Below are positions 20,426 through 30,481 of a stretch of DNA of 64,000 bases, piece after piece. A program made the translations under genes and the position numbers. Source of the stretch: Acidimicrobiia bacterium (GTDB lineage: Bacteria > Actinomycetota > Acidimicrobiia > Spongiisociales > Spongiisociaceae); NCBI GenBank assembly GCA_041576165.1, contig JBFGLM010000023.1, positions 13,364 to 77,363 on the forward strand, read 5' to 3'. Every line of letters begins with the position of its first letter. Position 1 is the first letter of the stretch. The notes beneath the pieces are model-generated. The model saw only the letters and a program-made list of their open reading frames with translations. It was not told the origin of the DNA and made no database searches.

Positions 20426-20899
20426 ATGCGTTCGTTGTGGCTGCTCGTACTGCTCGTGGCGGGCACCGCGTGCGGCGGCAAAGCTGTCACGACGGACCCG
20501 GCCGCACTTCCAGATCAGTCCGAAAATGCGACGGTTGCTACGGATGCGGCGACCACGATCCCTGCAGTATCGACGGCCCCCACCTCGACGGTTGCCGACC
20601 CGACGGCCGTCGAAGCCGATACCCCGGCCTATGACGTGTTCCTGGCCGCAGTGGCCGACACTCTCGACGGCACCCGATTCGAAGGGGCACCATTTGAGGA
20701 TCCGGAGGTGTTCGCGGCGACCGGCCTGTTGTTCTGCGAGCGGATGGCCCAGGGCGAGGCCGGCGAGCAGGTCGTAGTCGAATTTCTGTCCGAACTAGCC
20801 GGCGGGGACGCCACGCTGGCAGATGGCGACCAGCTTGTGCTCACCGGAGCGCTCATGGGTGCCGCCACCGAAACGCTATGCCCGCGGGCGGCGGGGTGA
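20426..20899 (+). CDS. Hypothetical lipoprotein
   Basis: Lipobox GTAC, Thr-rich linker, C-terminal domain with two Cys (FCER...TLCP). Confidence 0.7.
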   Translation: MRSLWLLVLLVAGTACGGKAVTTDPAALPDQSENATVATDAATTIPAVSTAPTSTVADPTAVEADTPAYDVFLAAVADTLDGTRFEGAPFEDPEVFAATGLLFCERMAQGEAGEQVVVEFLSELAGGDATLADGDQLVLTGALMGAATETLCPRAAG

Positions 20900-20924
20900 C
20901 CGTGGCGTGGTGCGGATTGGAGGC

Positions 20925-21428
20925 ATGTGGATGAGAGGGCTGCGCACAACGTGCTTGGCGATGATGCTGAGCGTGATCCTGGCGATGGCGGCGGTGGCAA
21001 CTGCAACACCTGCGGATTTGCCGGAGGACGCCGCGGCCACAGTGGCCGAAGCCCACGCTCGAGCTGCCGCGGCTGCCTCTGAATTCGCGGCTGACAAGGC
21101 GGGGGGTCGCGACGACGACAAGACAACCGGTTTGGCGCGGGCAGCAGAAGTGTCCAGCTCCTGGCGGTTCACGAGAGAGGACCAGCCGGGGAACGGAAAC
21201 GGTCGCGGTCTCGGACAGGGTCGCGCCCAGGCTGTCCACGAGGCGCTGGCCAACGGCGAGTCACCATCCTCCCTCGACAGCCACGGCGAGGCGGTTTCGG
21301 CGGCCGCTCACGAAATGCGGGATGCGTTCGAGGGCATGAAGAACAAGCCTGATGGGCCTCCCGGCCGGGGCAAGGGCAAAGACAAAGATAAGGACAAAGA
21401 CAAAGAACGCGGCGCCGAAGACAGCTGA
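20925..21428 (+). CDS. Secreted low-complexity hypothetical protein
   Basis: Signal peptide, Ala/Gly-rich body, GKGKDKDKDKDKE tail; GGAGG upstream. Confidence 0.6.
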   Translation: MWMRGLRTTCLAMMLSVILAMAAVATATPADLPEDAAATVAEAHARAAAAASEFAADKAGGRDDDKTTGLARAAEVSSSWRFTREDQPGNGNGRGLGQGRAQAVHEALANGESPSSLDSHGEAVSAAAHEMRDAFEGMKNKPDGPPGRGKGKDKDKDKDKERGAEDS

Positions 21429-21635
21429 CTGCATGTCCACGGCTGCTCTCGCGGCCTTCTCTCGCCGCCGGACGGTCTCGCCAGGACCTGCACGGCGGGT
21501 CCCACCCTCTCCCATGTGCCCTATGCGGGGCGTGCAGACGACCGGAGAAACGCCGTGCCGGCTGCGCGGCTTGCGGGTCCCGGATCCTGTCGCAGGCACC
21601 GCATCGATCTGTCCCGGTCGGGTATTTTCAAGGCC

Positions 21636-22016
21636 ATGACGCAGCTGCAACGCAACAAGGAAAACGCAATCGCGTTCTACCGAATGGCGTTCGAGGGCAA
21701 CCCACGCCAGGCGGTCGAGCGATACGTCGGCGGCGAATACATCCAGCACAACCCTTGGGTGGGGGATGGTCAGGAAGCATTCGTCACCTATTTCGAACAG
21801 ATGAACGTTGAGTATCCCGAGAAGAGCATCGATTTCGTTCGCACTGTGGCGGAGGACGACCTGGTAGCGGTCCACACCCATCAGATCTGGCCCGGTGGAG
21901 TCGAATTCGTGACGATGGACTTCTTTCGGTTCGACGACGATGGCAAGATCGTCGAGCACTGGGACGCCGTCCAGGAGATTCCCGAAGAGTCGGCCAACGA
22001 CAACACGATGTACTGA
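21636..22016 (+). CDS. SnoaL/NTF2-like protein
   Basis: YIQHNP..DG, VAEDDLVAVH, DFFRFDDDGKIVEHWD motifs. Confidence 0.88.
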   Translation: MTQLQRNKENAIAFYRMAFEGNPRQAVERYVGGEYIQHNPWVGDGQEAFVTYFEQMNVEYPEKSIDFVRTVAEDDLVAVHTHQIWPGGVEFVTMDFFRFDDDGKIVEHWDAVQEIPEESANDNTMY

Positions 22017-22098
22017 CCGGAGCGCCCGTCCATGGCGATCTGGAGAGGCTTGCCTCGGCATACACTCTGGGTCGTCCTCAGGATTGGGAGAGGGAGTG

Positions 22099-22761
22099 AT
22101 GAATGATCTCAGTGTCGAGTGGGAGGACCCGAGTCGATTCTCAGACGACGAAGGCGCTGCGGCGAAGGCCTACTGGTCGCATCTCGAGACGCTGGACTTC
22201 TACACCGCCCCCACGCACTGGAGTCACGACATTGCCGAGCGGGTCTTGTCGTATGGTCCAAGGCGAGTTCTCGAGTTCGGCTGCAACGCCGGACGAAACC
22301 TCCACGCGATAAGCGAACGCGCTGGCAGTGTGGAACTCGTCGGGTTGGACATCAACGAGGATGCCGTGGCCCACGGCGCCGAACTCTTTGGTCTTGATCT
22401 CCGCGTTGCCGATGAATCGGGCCTCGAGGTATTCGAGAACGATTCATTCGATGTTTCCTTCACCATCTCGGTGCTGGATCATCTTCCCTACCCGCAAGTA
22501 GCGCTGACCGAACTGGCACGGGTCAGCAGCCTGGCAGTCATCCTGCTCGAGCCGGAGTTGGGGGTTGAAGGGCGTGTTGTCGCCAACCGCCATCCGGAGG
22601 AGGAAGAGGTCACACTGGCGACGCCCTATTCCTACTCCTGGGAGTATGAGCCGATGATTCGCGCAGTTGCCCCCGAGGCGTCGCTCACAATTCATCCGCA
22701 TCCCCTGAGGGGGACGCGCTGGGGTCCCTTCTACCGGCGTTTCGAGATCGACCTTCGGTGA
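22099..22761 (+). CDS. Class I SAM-dependent methyltransferase
   Basis: VLEFGCNAG, GLDIN, SFDVSFTISVLDH motifs; GGAG-rich RBS upstream. Confidence 0.8.
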   Translation: MNDLSVEWEDPSRFSDDEGAAAKAYWSHLETLDFYTAPTHWSHDIAERVLSYGPRRVLEFGCNAGRNLHAISERAGSVELVGLDINEDAVAHGAELFGLDLRVADESGLEVFENDSFDVSFTISVLDHLPYPQVALTELARVSSLAVILLEPELGVEGRVVANRHPEEEEVTLATPYSYSWEYEPMIRAVAPEASLTIHPHPLRGTRWGPFYRRFEIDLR

Positions 22762-22868
22762 GTCGGGCCAGGGATGGCGGCGCGCCGGCGGCGGAAGCTG
22801 GCCGCCGTCGAGTCGCCGAGGCGGATCGACCATCGCCCGTCGTAATGTGCCAACCGAAGGAGTGACGC

Positions 22869-24248
22869 ATGACATCCGAGATCGACCGCCTGACGGGTGA
22901 AACCATCCAGCTGCTGCAGGCCCTGATCCGCAACCAGTGCGTGAACGAAGGGACGGTCGAGTCGGGACACGAGTCGCGTAATGCTGAGCTTCTTCGCAAT
23001 GAGCTCGAGAGCGACGGAGTGGACATTCGACTCTTCGAAACCCTTCCCGGGCGGGCATCACTGGTCGCCCGTTACCAAGGCACCGACCCGGACGCTCCCG
23101 CGTTGTGCCTCATGGGCCACACCGACGTCGTCCCCGTCAGCCCCGAGGGTTGGGATGTGGATCCGTTTGAAGGAGAGCTGATCACGTCCCCTGACGGCAT
23201 CGCCGAGGTGTGGGGGAGGGGTGCAGTCGACATGCTCAACCTGACCTCTTCGATGGCCGTGGCCTTCCGGCATATCGTCCGTTCCGGTAAGCGTTACCCG
23301 GGCGACATCGTCTATTTCGCGGTGGCAGACGAGGAACACGGTGGTCTCAACGGCGCGAGCAAGCTGGTCGACCAGGAATGGGACACCCTTCACTGCGACT
23401 TCGTGCTCACCGAGTACGGCGGAACGCCAACAATGACCGAGGATGGGCCCGTCGTGCTCCTCACGACCGCCGAAAAAGGCGGGAGCCCGCGACGTATCAT
23501 CGTGCACGGCGAGCCGGGACATGGGTCCATGCCATATATGGCCGACAGCGCGTTGATCAAGGCGGCCGAGATCGTGCGCCGTCTCGCTGCGTACAACCCA
23601 GGGCCGCGTCTCGACGAGATGTTCGCGGCCCGCGTGAAGGCGATGGGACTCCCCGAGGACCTCGAACAGCGCTTGTTGGATCCGGTTTGCCTCTACGATG
23701 CGCTAGCGGAACTGCCTCCTGAGCTGTCCCGCAACCTCCACTCGTGCTGTCACACGAGTTTCAGCCCCAACATCCTGGCCAGCGGGGAGAAGTCCAACAC
23801 CATCCCCGACCGGGCGGAGCTCGTGGTGGATATCCGCCTCATCCACGGCGACTCACCGGATGATGCCGACGCGTATCTGCGTGACGCGATCGGTGACGAC
23901 CTGATGGCGTCTATCGAGGTGGAGCCCCTGTTCCCGGGAATGGAGGCGCTGGCTCTCGACCCAAGCGCTTCTCCGACCGATACGGTCCTGTGGGACGCTC
24001 TGAGCGACGCTATCTCGGTCGCCTACCCGGGCGCCAAGGTGCTGCCAAGCATCGTCACCGGAGGCACCGACGCCAGATACTTCCGCCGCCGGGGAGTGCC
24101 GTCGTACGGTGCGGGGTTGCTCAGCCCCCAGGTTCCCATGGCGGAATTCCTCAGCCGATTCCACGGCCACAACGAGCGGATCGACGTCGAGTCTTTGCAG
24201 CTGACCACCCAGCTCTGGCTCGACGTGTTCGATCGTCTGTGGATCTAG
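22869..24248 (+). CDS. M20/M25/M40 family metallo-hydrolase
   Basis: GHTDVVP, GRGAVDM, DEE, GHGSMP, GGTDAR, HGHNERI motifs. Confidence 0.92.
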   Translation: MTSEIDRLTGETIQLLQALIRNQCVNEGTVESGHESRNAELLRNELESDGVDIRLFETLPGRASLVARYQGTDPDAPALCLMGHTDVVPVSPEGWDVDPFEGELITSPDGIAEVWGRGAVDMLNLTSSMAVAFRHIVRSGKRYPGDIVYFAVADEEHGGLNGASKLVDQEWDTLHCDFVLTEYGGTPTMTEDGPVVLLTTAEKGGSPRRIIVHGEPGHGSMPYMADSALIKAAEIVRRLAAYNPGPRLDEMFAARVKAMGLPEDLEQRLLDPVCLYDALAELPPELSRNLHSCCHTSFSPNILASGEKSNTIPDRAELVVDIRLIHGDSPDDADAYLRDAIGDDLMASIEVEPLFPGMEALALDPSASPTDTVLWDALSDAISVAYPGAKVLPSIVTGGTDARYFRRRGVPSYGAGLLSPQVPMAEFLSRFHGHNERIDVESLQLTTQLWLDVFDRLWI

Positions 24249-24445
24249 TCCCGGCCGGAACGCCCGCCGCTTCCGGATCGGATGATCACCCTCCAGGAGT
24301 ACGGCGGCTCTCGGCTTCGTCTCCGCATTGCACAGCGAAGTGAAGTCGCTCGGCCTCCAGCCGGCGTAGCCAATCGTCCACCCCGGAGACCGTAGCGACG
24401 GCCCGGGGCCTCTGGCCTCCCTTTTCTCCAGACGGCGCCCGTACG

Positions 24446-25075
24446 ATGCCGGTCGTGAATCATCATGACGTCCCGACGCCAACGCGGCTCCAGAAATGGA
24501 CCGCCGCCGGCGGGATGGTCTCGCTGTTTCTCCTGGTGCCAGTGGTGGTGAGCGTATTCGGGAGGTCCGCGATTCGGTGGCTCCTCGCCGGCGGCGGGCT
24601 GCTGGTCATTCTTTGGATGGCTGTCGTGATCGTCCGGCGGCATAGGGCGAAACGCTTTCCGATCATCGTGTTCGGCATCGGGGACGTCTCGGCTCCGGCG
24701 GAGCAGGTCGAAGACGCCAAGGCGCGATTGGCGGGCGGGGACTACGCCGCGTTCGTGGTTGCCGCCGTCCGGGACCAATCAGATGAGGAAGCCCAGGGTC
24801 AGATCTGGGTGCATGCCGATCGGACCGGCGACATCAAGAAGACGGACCTCGTCGTCTACTTCGCTTGGGCGGGGCAGCCCGCCGCCGAACCAATCCTCGC
24901 CCGTCTGTTCGAAGACGGCTGGGAACTGACCCGCTGGGAGCCCGATCACTGGGCGATGTTCACCTATCCGGCTGGTATCCAATCCGCCGAGGCGATTTCG
25001 GTGCTCGTCGGTGTCATGTCAGCACTGTTCGATCTGCCGGTTTCGACGCAATGGAGCTTCCGGGCATTTGCCTGA
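24446..25075 (+). CDS. Hypothetical protein with two N-terminal TM helices
   Basis: Two hydrophobic helices followed by a soluble domain; natural-looking composition. Confidence 0.55.
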   Translation: MPVVNHHDVPTPTRLQKWTAAGGMVSLFLLVPVVVSVFGRSAIRWLLAGGGLLVILWMAVVIVRRHRAKRFPIIVFGIGDVSAPAEQVEDAKARLAGGDYAAFVVAAVRDQSDEEAQGQIWVHADRTGDIKKTDLVVYFAWAGQPAAEPILARLFEDGWELTRWEPDHWAMFTYPAGIQSAEAISVLVGVMSALFDLPVSTQWSFRAFA

Positions 25076-25190
25076 CGGACGCGACGGATTGCTGATCGCC
25101 CGGTTGACCTCTGCTGGGGATCACGTCCGAGATTCGCCGCGAAATCCCCATCAAACCCGAGTGCGTGACCCTGAGCGTCGCCAGTGCTTG

Positions 25191-25574
25191 TCAGTCAGCC
25201 CAGAATGCGTCCAACCCGTACGGGTCGGCGGGGATCGTCCAGACCTCCTGGACCCTGTCGTCTTCAACATGGAAGATGAATACGGTGTTTCCACTGAAGC
25301 TCTTGCCGTCCCGACTCAGCTGGCCTTTGCCGAGCACAACCACGTGTTCGTCGTCGGCAAGCGTCGCGTGCAACTCATTTTCGATCTGCGCCTCAGAGCT
25401 GATGTTCCCCATCATCTCGACGATTCGGTCCGGTCCGGTGTAGTCGCCGCTCCACCTGTTGTTGCCACCGCTGTGCCAGGTGGCATCTTCGGCGAACAGA
25501 CCCTTCATGGTGGCCATGTCACCTTCGGCGAAGGCTTGGAAGCCACGCATGACGATTTGCGCGTTTTGGTGCAT
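25191..25574 (-). CDS. NTF2/SnoaL-like protein
   Basis: AFAEGD...FAEDATWH.GG..SGDY.G pattern; AAGGAGG RBS. Confidence 0.85.
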   Translation of the reverse strand: MHQNAQIVMRGFQAFAEGDMATMKGLFAEDATWHSGGNNRWSGDYTGPDRIVEMMGNISSEAQIENELHATLADDEHVVVLGKGQLSRDGKSFSGNTVFIFHVEDDRVQEVWTIPADPYGLDAFWAD

Positions 25575-25697
25575 GATTTGACCTCCTTGCGGCGCGCAAT
25601 GCGACTCCGAAAGCTACACCTTTGGCGGAGACGGTGACCGTATGCCGATTGAAATATGACATCCCCGGAGTTCGAAAACAGGTCTAGCGTGCGGTGA

Positions 25698-26039
25698 GTG
25701 CATTACCTCCATGTCACCAGGTGCCGGGTTCCGATGACCCGCATGCAGCAATTCACGGCGCTCATTCAGCAGTGGGAACAGGACGCCCTGAGGGCGCCGG
25801 ACCGGCCCGAGTCTCACTCCGTCTACCTGCACAACGCCGACCCTTCGCATGTGTTGGTCGTGACCGAGTTCCCTTCTCGTGAGGCGGCCGAGCGTTTCGA
25901 GCAAACCGGCATGATTGTGCGCCTACACGACGACGTGATTGCGTGCACGGGCGAGGATCCCATTGCCTCCGAGGGATACGACCTCTACTACCGGGCCGGG
26001 GCCGACGGACGCCGGACCGTGTTCGGCGAGGAGCGCTGA
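25698..26039 (+). CDS. Hypothetical protein, possibly dimeric alpha-beta barrel (ABM-like)
   Basis: DPSHVLVVTEFPSREAAERF resembles ABM-type proteins. Start uncertain. Confidence 0.5.
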   Translation: MHYLHVTRCRVPMTRMQQFTALIQQWEQDALRAPDRPESHSVYLHNADPSHVLVVTEFPSREAAERFEQTGMIVRLHDDVIACTGEDPIASEGYDLYYRAGADGRRTVFGEER

Positions 26040-26075
26040 GCGGCGGTCTACGCGTGACGGCGTCCTGAGACCGTC

Positions 26076-26915
26076 TCAGAGTTCGCTGAGGGCAGTGGCC
26101 AACGGTTCGACGACGGCTGCTGAGTACGGCGATCGTAGGCTGAATACGGCCACATCGATGCCGACCCCGAAGAGTGCGGCCGCCTGTTCGGCGAGATCGC
26201 GCGGGTCGGCATCCGAAGGCGACAAAACGTGGCCACTCCGAATGATCTCCGACGGATCGCGACCTACCGCCGCGCAGTGCTTCAGCAAGACCTCGTTCTT
26301 CTGGACCCAGTCGTGGGGAGGTGTCCGCAGTGCATCCCACCATTGGGCGTACTTGGCGACGACCTTCAACGTACGGCGCTCACCAGTCCCGCCGATGGCG
26401 ATCGGCGGGCGCGGTTGCTGCGGTCCCTTCGGTTCGCATCGAGCGTCTGCGAACTGGTAGTACTTGCCATCGAAGGTCGTTGATTCGTTGCGGAGGAGGC
26501 CGTCGATGACCGCGACGCCTTCCTCGAAACGGTCCATCCGCTGCTGCATCGTCCCGAGATCCAGGCCGTAGGCGTCGACTTCCGGTTGAAACCACCCGGC
26601 GCCGAGGCCCAGATACAGCCGTCCTCCCGAGATCATGTCGAGGGTTGCGGCCATCTTGGCCGTGACCGCCGGGTGGCGGAAGTGCATACCGTTGACCATG
26701 GATCCGAGTCGCAGCCGCGACGTGATTTGTGCCAGCGCAGTCAGCGTGACCCACGACTCCATGATCGGTCCGTGCGGGTCACCGGCGATGGGGTAGAGAT
26801 GGTCGAAGAGCCAGGCCGATTCGAACAGGTCGATGTCATCCGCCGCCTTCCACACCCCAGCGATGTCGGACCAATCCGCGTGCTGGGGCGGTGTCTTGAT
26901 CGCAAACCGTGCCAC
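26076..26915 (-). CDS. LLM-class (probably F420-dependent) oxidoreductase
   Basis: WLFDH, RHPAVTAKMAATLDMISGGRL.LGLGAGW, PKG.Q.P.PPI.IGG.GE. GTG start after AAGGAGGA. Confidence 0.88.
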   Translation of the reverse strand: MARFAIKTPPQHADWSDIAGVWKAADDIDLFESAWLFDHLYPIAGDPHGPIMESWVTLTALAQITSRLRLGSMVNGMHFRHPAVTAKMAATLDMISGGRLYLGLGAGWFQPEVDAYGLDLGTMQQRMDRFEEGVAVIDGLLRNESTTFDGKYYQFADARCEPKGPQQPRPPIAIGGTGERRTLKVVAKYAQWWDALRTPPHDWVQKNEVLLKHCAAVGRDPSEIIRSGHVLSPSDADPRDLAEQAAALFGVGIDVAVFSLRSPYSAAVVEPLATALSEL

Positions 26916-27165
26916 CGCATCCTCCTTCAAACCGTCGTTCCGGGCATTCAATCTCGCTGCTGGGCAGAGATGCGGCTCCACCGCCCTCCGAGCAGGATAT
27001 CGCGACCAGCTAGTGCGGAGCCCTACGACTCGCCGGGAATGTCATCGCTGAGCTACACCACCCGACCGGCAGGTCGACGCTCCCCGAAGCTGCGGCGCGG
27101 GTACGCCTGTGGTGTCGGAGTGGGCGCCGAGCCTATGACGGCCTGGTCGGACAGATGTGAGCTGT

Positions 27166-29520
27166 TCAGGCAGCACGCTCTTTGATGATCTGGGCGATGG
27201 CGAGGCGCCGCATCGCTCGGAGACCGGGCCATTGGGAGAGCAGAGCCACCAGAAGCATTGCTCCACCTGCCCAGACATACGTCTGGATCTGGATCGTCAA
27301 GTCGAACGAGAACAGATCACTTCCGAACGAGGCCATTGCTTCCCGGGCTGCGAGATAACCGACACCGAGTCCGAGCGGAATCGCCGCGACCGTCACGAGC
27401 AGGTTTTCGGCCGCGACCAGCCGCCCAATCGCCCGTTGCCCTGCGCCGACGGCCAAGAGCGTGGCGGCTTCGCGCGAACGCTCTGCGATGTTGGCACTCA
27501 TGGTGTTGAAGATGACTGCGAAGGCCATGGCCGAACCAAATAGGAGCATCACCGCAACGAACAGATAGAAGAGACCCATGTAATCCTGCATGGTTTCGTA
27601 CATGGCCTGCGCATCGTCGAAGGCCGCCACAGTAGGCAGTTCGGTGATCGCGTGGCGCACCTCAGCGCCTACCGCGTCCTGCTCGAATCGGATGAACGCA
27701 CTGGTGGCAGGGACCGGAGAGCCGAGAGCAGCGGCCAGGCCATCGCGGGACATGTAGGCGATGGTCCCGAGCGGCTCGTCCACAAACCCGGCGACTCGGA
27801 CTCGAGTCGGCGTCCCGAGCGGACCGATCGAGACGTCCACCCCATCGCCGGGGCCCACTCCGAGCGTAGGTCCAAGGGCCTTCCCGACCAGCAGGCCGTC
27901 TGCCGGAAGGTCGGTCCAGGCGCCGTCAACGCCGCGAAACCGATGCATTTGCGTCCCGGCGGGCAACGCAACCAGGAGCGAGGCATACGAGCGCGTGCCG
28001 GCTGTTATTGAGATCGGGACCTCGATCACCGGCTCGGCAGAGACAACCCCGGTTGTACGTTCGAGGGCCTCCACGTCGTCGATTCCGACCGGGTCGATGA
28101 AGTGGACTGTGGCGTCCTGGCGTTCAATCTCGACGAACTGGAGCTCCATCAAATGGTTCACAGTGTCGAGCATGCCCCACGACACGAGGACCAGCATCAG
28201 CGAAAGAACGACCCCGAGCATCGTATAGATGGTCCGCCGGGGAGTCCGTTCGATCCCCCGCAGGATCATCTTCCACCGCACCGGCAGGCGCCTGACGGGA
28301 GGCACGACCCGTTCGACGATGCTGACCCGGCCGCGCCCCGGCGGGGTCTCGCCCCGCATCGCTCGGGCCGGTCGAACTCGCACTGCCAGCAGGGCTGGCG
28401 CCAGTGCAGCGAGCCCGGCTGCCGCGACGCCGAGAGTTACGCCGACGATCAGCGTATCGGGATGGAATTCGATCACCGTGACAGGAATCGAAAGCATCGA
28501 GGTGTACAGGCGGGTGATGACCTTGGCCCCCAGCATTCCGGTGGCAAGCCCGGGAACCGTCGCCAGAGCGGCGGGAACCAGACCGTAGCCGAGATAGTGG
28601 CGGAGAACCCGTCCTCGGCGCATTCCATTGGCGAGCAGTGCGCCGATGTGGGGTCGCTGCGCATATACCAGCCGGCTGATCATGACGTAGGCGGCCATGG
28701 CTGCCGACGACAGGAAGAGCAACGGAAAGAAGACTGCGATCTCTTCGAACCCTCGAATGTCTTCCATCAGAGCCGCATTCGACGGCTGCTCGGCTCGTGT
28801 GTACGCCGAGACGGCTCCCAACGACTCAGCTGATTCGACGAGTCGCGCCGTCAGGGCAGGATCATCGGTCCCATCCGCGTAGTAGACAGCCACTTCATTC
28901 GACGGACCGCCAACCGCGGTCGCAAGCGTTTGTGAGCCGAACACCACGCCGAAGTTGTCGGGCGACGTGATGAGCTCCTGGCGATCTCGGGCCGGCCATA
29001 TGTATTCGGGCGACGAGACAATGCCCACAACCTCGAGATCTGTCCAAGTGTTGCCCACCAGCGCCTCGATGGTGTCGCCGATGGAGAGCTCGAAATGTTC
29101 GGCCATGTGCTCTTCGAGCAAAACGCCGTGGGCCCTCGTCGGCTCGACGTATGACCCCTCCAGGATCTCGAGGCGATTGACTGCAGGCTGGTCGCTGTCT
29201 GGAACGCCCACGATCCGACCCAGCAGTTTCAGTCGGTCGACCCGAAGCGGCAGGTCAGCCACGGTTCGGGTGGAGGCCGACTCGACGCCCGCTTGCCGCC
29301 TCACCAATTCGGCTATCTGGTTGGAATCGCCCCCAGCGATGGTCAGGTTGGCGAATCGATAATGCGTGAACGTCGTCGAATACGACGTTTCGAGGTTGCG
29401 GAACGAGTCATAGCTCGCCGCGAAGATCGCGATGCCGAGGAAGATCGTCAGGGCAACGGCCACGAACTGGGACCGGTTCAGCAGGAGATCTCTCCAGAGC
29501 TTGCGAGCCAGCGGGTTCAC
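27166..29520 (-). CDS. ABC transporter permease, FtsX/MacB-like (two repeats)
   Basis: RKLWRDL, two TM bundles with large extracellular loops, ERSRE.ATL.AVG. Confidence 0.88.
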   Translation of the reverse strand: MNPLARKLWRDLLLNRSQFVAVALTIFLGIAIFAASYDSFRNLETSYSTTFTHYRFANLTIAGGDSNQIAELVRRQAGVESASTRTVADLPLRVDRLKLLGRIVGVPDSDQPAVNRLEILEGSYVEPTRAHGVLLEEHMAEHFELSIGDTIEALVGNTWTDLEVVGIVSSPEYIWPARDRQELITSPDNFGVVFGSQTLATAVGGPSNEVAVYYADGTDDPALTARLVESAESLGAVSAYTRAEQPSNAALMEDIRGFEEIAVFFPLLFLSSAAMAAYVMISRLVYAQRPHIGALLANGMRRGRVLRHYLGYGLVPAALATVPGLATGMLGAKVITRLYTSMLSIPVTVIEFHPDTLIVGVTLGVAAAGLAALAPALLAVRVRPARAMRGETPPGRGRVSIVERVVPPVRRLPVRWKMILRGIERTPRRTIYTMLGVVLSLMLVLVSWGMLDTVNHLMELQFVEIERQDATVHFIDPVGIDDVEALERTTGVVSAEPVIEVPISITAGTRSYASLLVALPAGTQMHRFRGVDGAWTDLPADGLLVGKALGPTLGVGPGDGVDVSIGPLGTPTRVRVAGFVDEPLGTIAYMSRDGLAAALGSPVPATSAFIRFEQDAVGAEVRHAITELPTVAAFDDAQAMYETMQDYMGLFYLFVAVMLLFGSAMAFAVIFNTMSANIAERSREAATLLAVGAGQRAIGRLVAAENLLVTVAAIPLGLGVGYLAAREAMASFGSDLFSFDLTIQIQTYVWAGGAMLLVALLSQWPGLRAMRRLAIAQIIKERAA

Positions 29521-30221
29521 CAGATCAGCTCCTCGGCTTCCACCGGCTGGGCAACGGTGTGATCGTCGACGACCTGACCGGAACGCAGGCGGATCACCCG
29601 ATCGGCCATCTCGCCGATGGCAGCATTGTGGGTTACGAGGAGGACCGTCCGGCTCTGGTCGCCACTCAGGCGCTGCAACAACGAGAGGATGACGCGTCCG
29701 GTCTCGAAATCGAGCTCGCCGGTCGGCTCGTCACAGAGAAGGACCGGTGGCTGTTTGACGAGGGCCCGCGCGATCGCCACCCGTTGCTGCTCGCCGCCCG
29801 AGAGTTGGGAGGGAAAGTGGTGGGCCCGCTCGAGCAACCCCACGTCGTTCAAGGCTTCCTTCGTCCGTTCCCGGTGGTCACCGTCGGTGAGCTCGGCCAC
29901 CAACTCGACGTTCTCGGCCGCGGTGAGCGTGGGGATCAGATTGAAGAACTGGAACACAAACCCGACGGTCGACCGGCGGAAGTCGACCAGTTGGTCGAGG
30001 TCGAGCAGGTCGAGCCGGTGGCCGTTCACCTCGACGATGCCGGCGGTCGGCTCGTCGAGGCCGCCGAGTAGGTTCAGCATGGTCGTCTTGCCGGACCCGC
30101 TCGGCCCCAGAATCACCAACAGCTCCCCCTGGGGCACGAAGAGGTCGGTGGACCTGAGGGCCCGAACCGCGTTGGGCCCTTCGCCGTACGTCTTCTCGAC
30201 TCCCTTCATGACGATGCTCAC
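29517..30221 (-). CDS. ABC transporter ATP-binding protein (LolD/MacB type)
   Basis: GPSGSGKT, GFVFQFFNL, LSGGEQQR, CDEPTG, VTHN motifs. Confidence 0.93.
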   Translation of the reverse strand: MSIVMKGVEKTYGEGPNAVRALRSTDLFVPQGELLVILGPSGSGKTTMLNLLGGLDEPTAGIVEVNGHRLDLLDLDQLVDFRRSTVGFVFQFFNLIPTLTAAENVELVAELTDGDHRERTKEALNDVGLLERAHHFPSQLSGGEQQRVAIARALVKQPPVLLCDEPTGELDFETGRVILSLLQRLSGDQSRTVLLVTHNAAIGEMADRVIRLRSGQVVDDHTVAQPVEAEELIW

Positions 30222-30481
30222 CGGACCTCCTCATCAATCGGGGTTCGCGCCCGGCCCAACAACCGCGCGAGCCTTCTCGTGGGTCCCGGAACCCACACCG
30301 ACATCATCCGACTGGGCAAACACGCCGAGTAGAGCAACATGACAGCTGTGCCCGGGACGACATCCTGATGAGAGGCGGCCCGGTCGTGGTGCGTCGGACC
30401 CAGAGAGACCCAGAGAGAGAGAGACAATCGCCAGCGCGAGGCCTCCGGCTGATCTGCCGCGTCGCCGGAGGGCGTAGAAGG

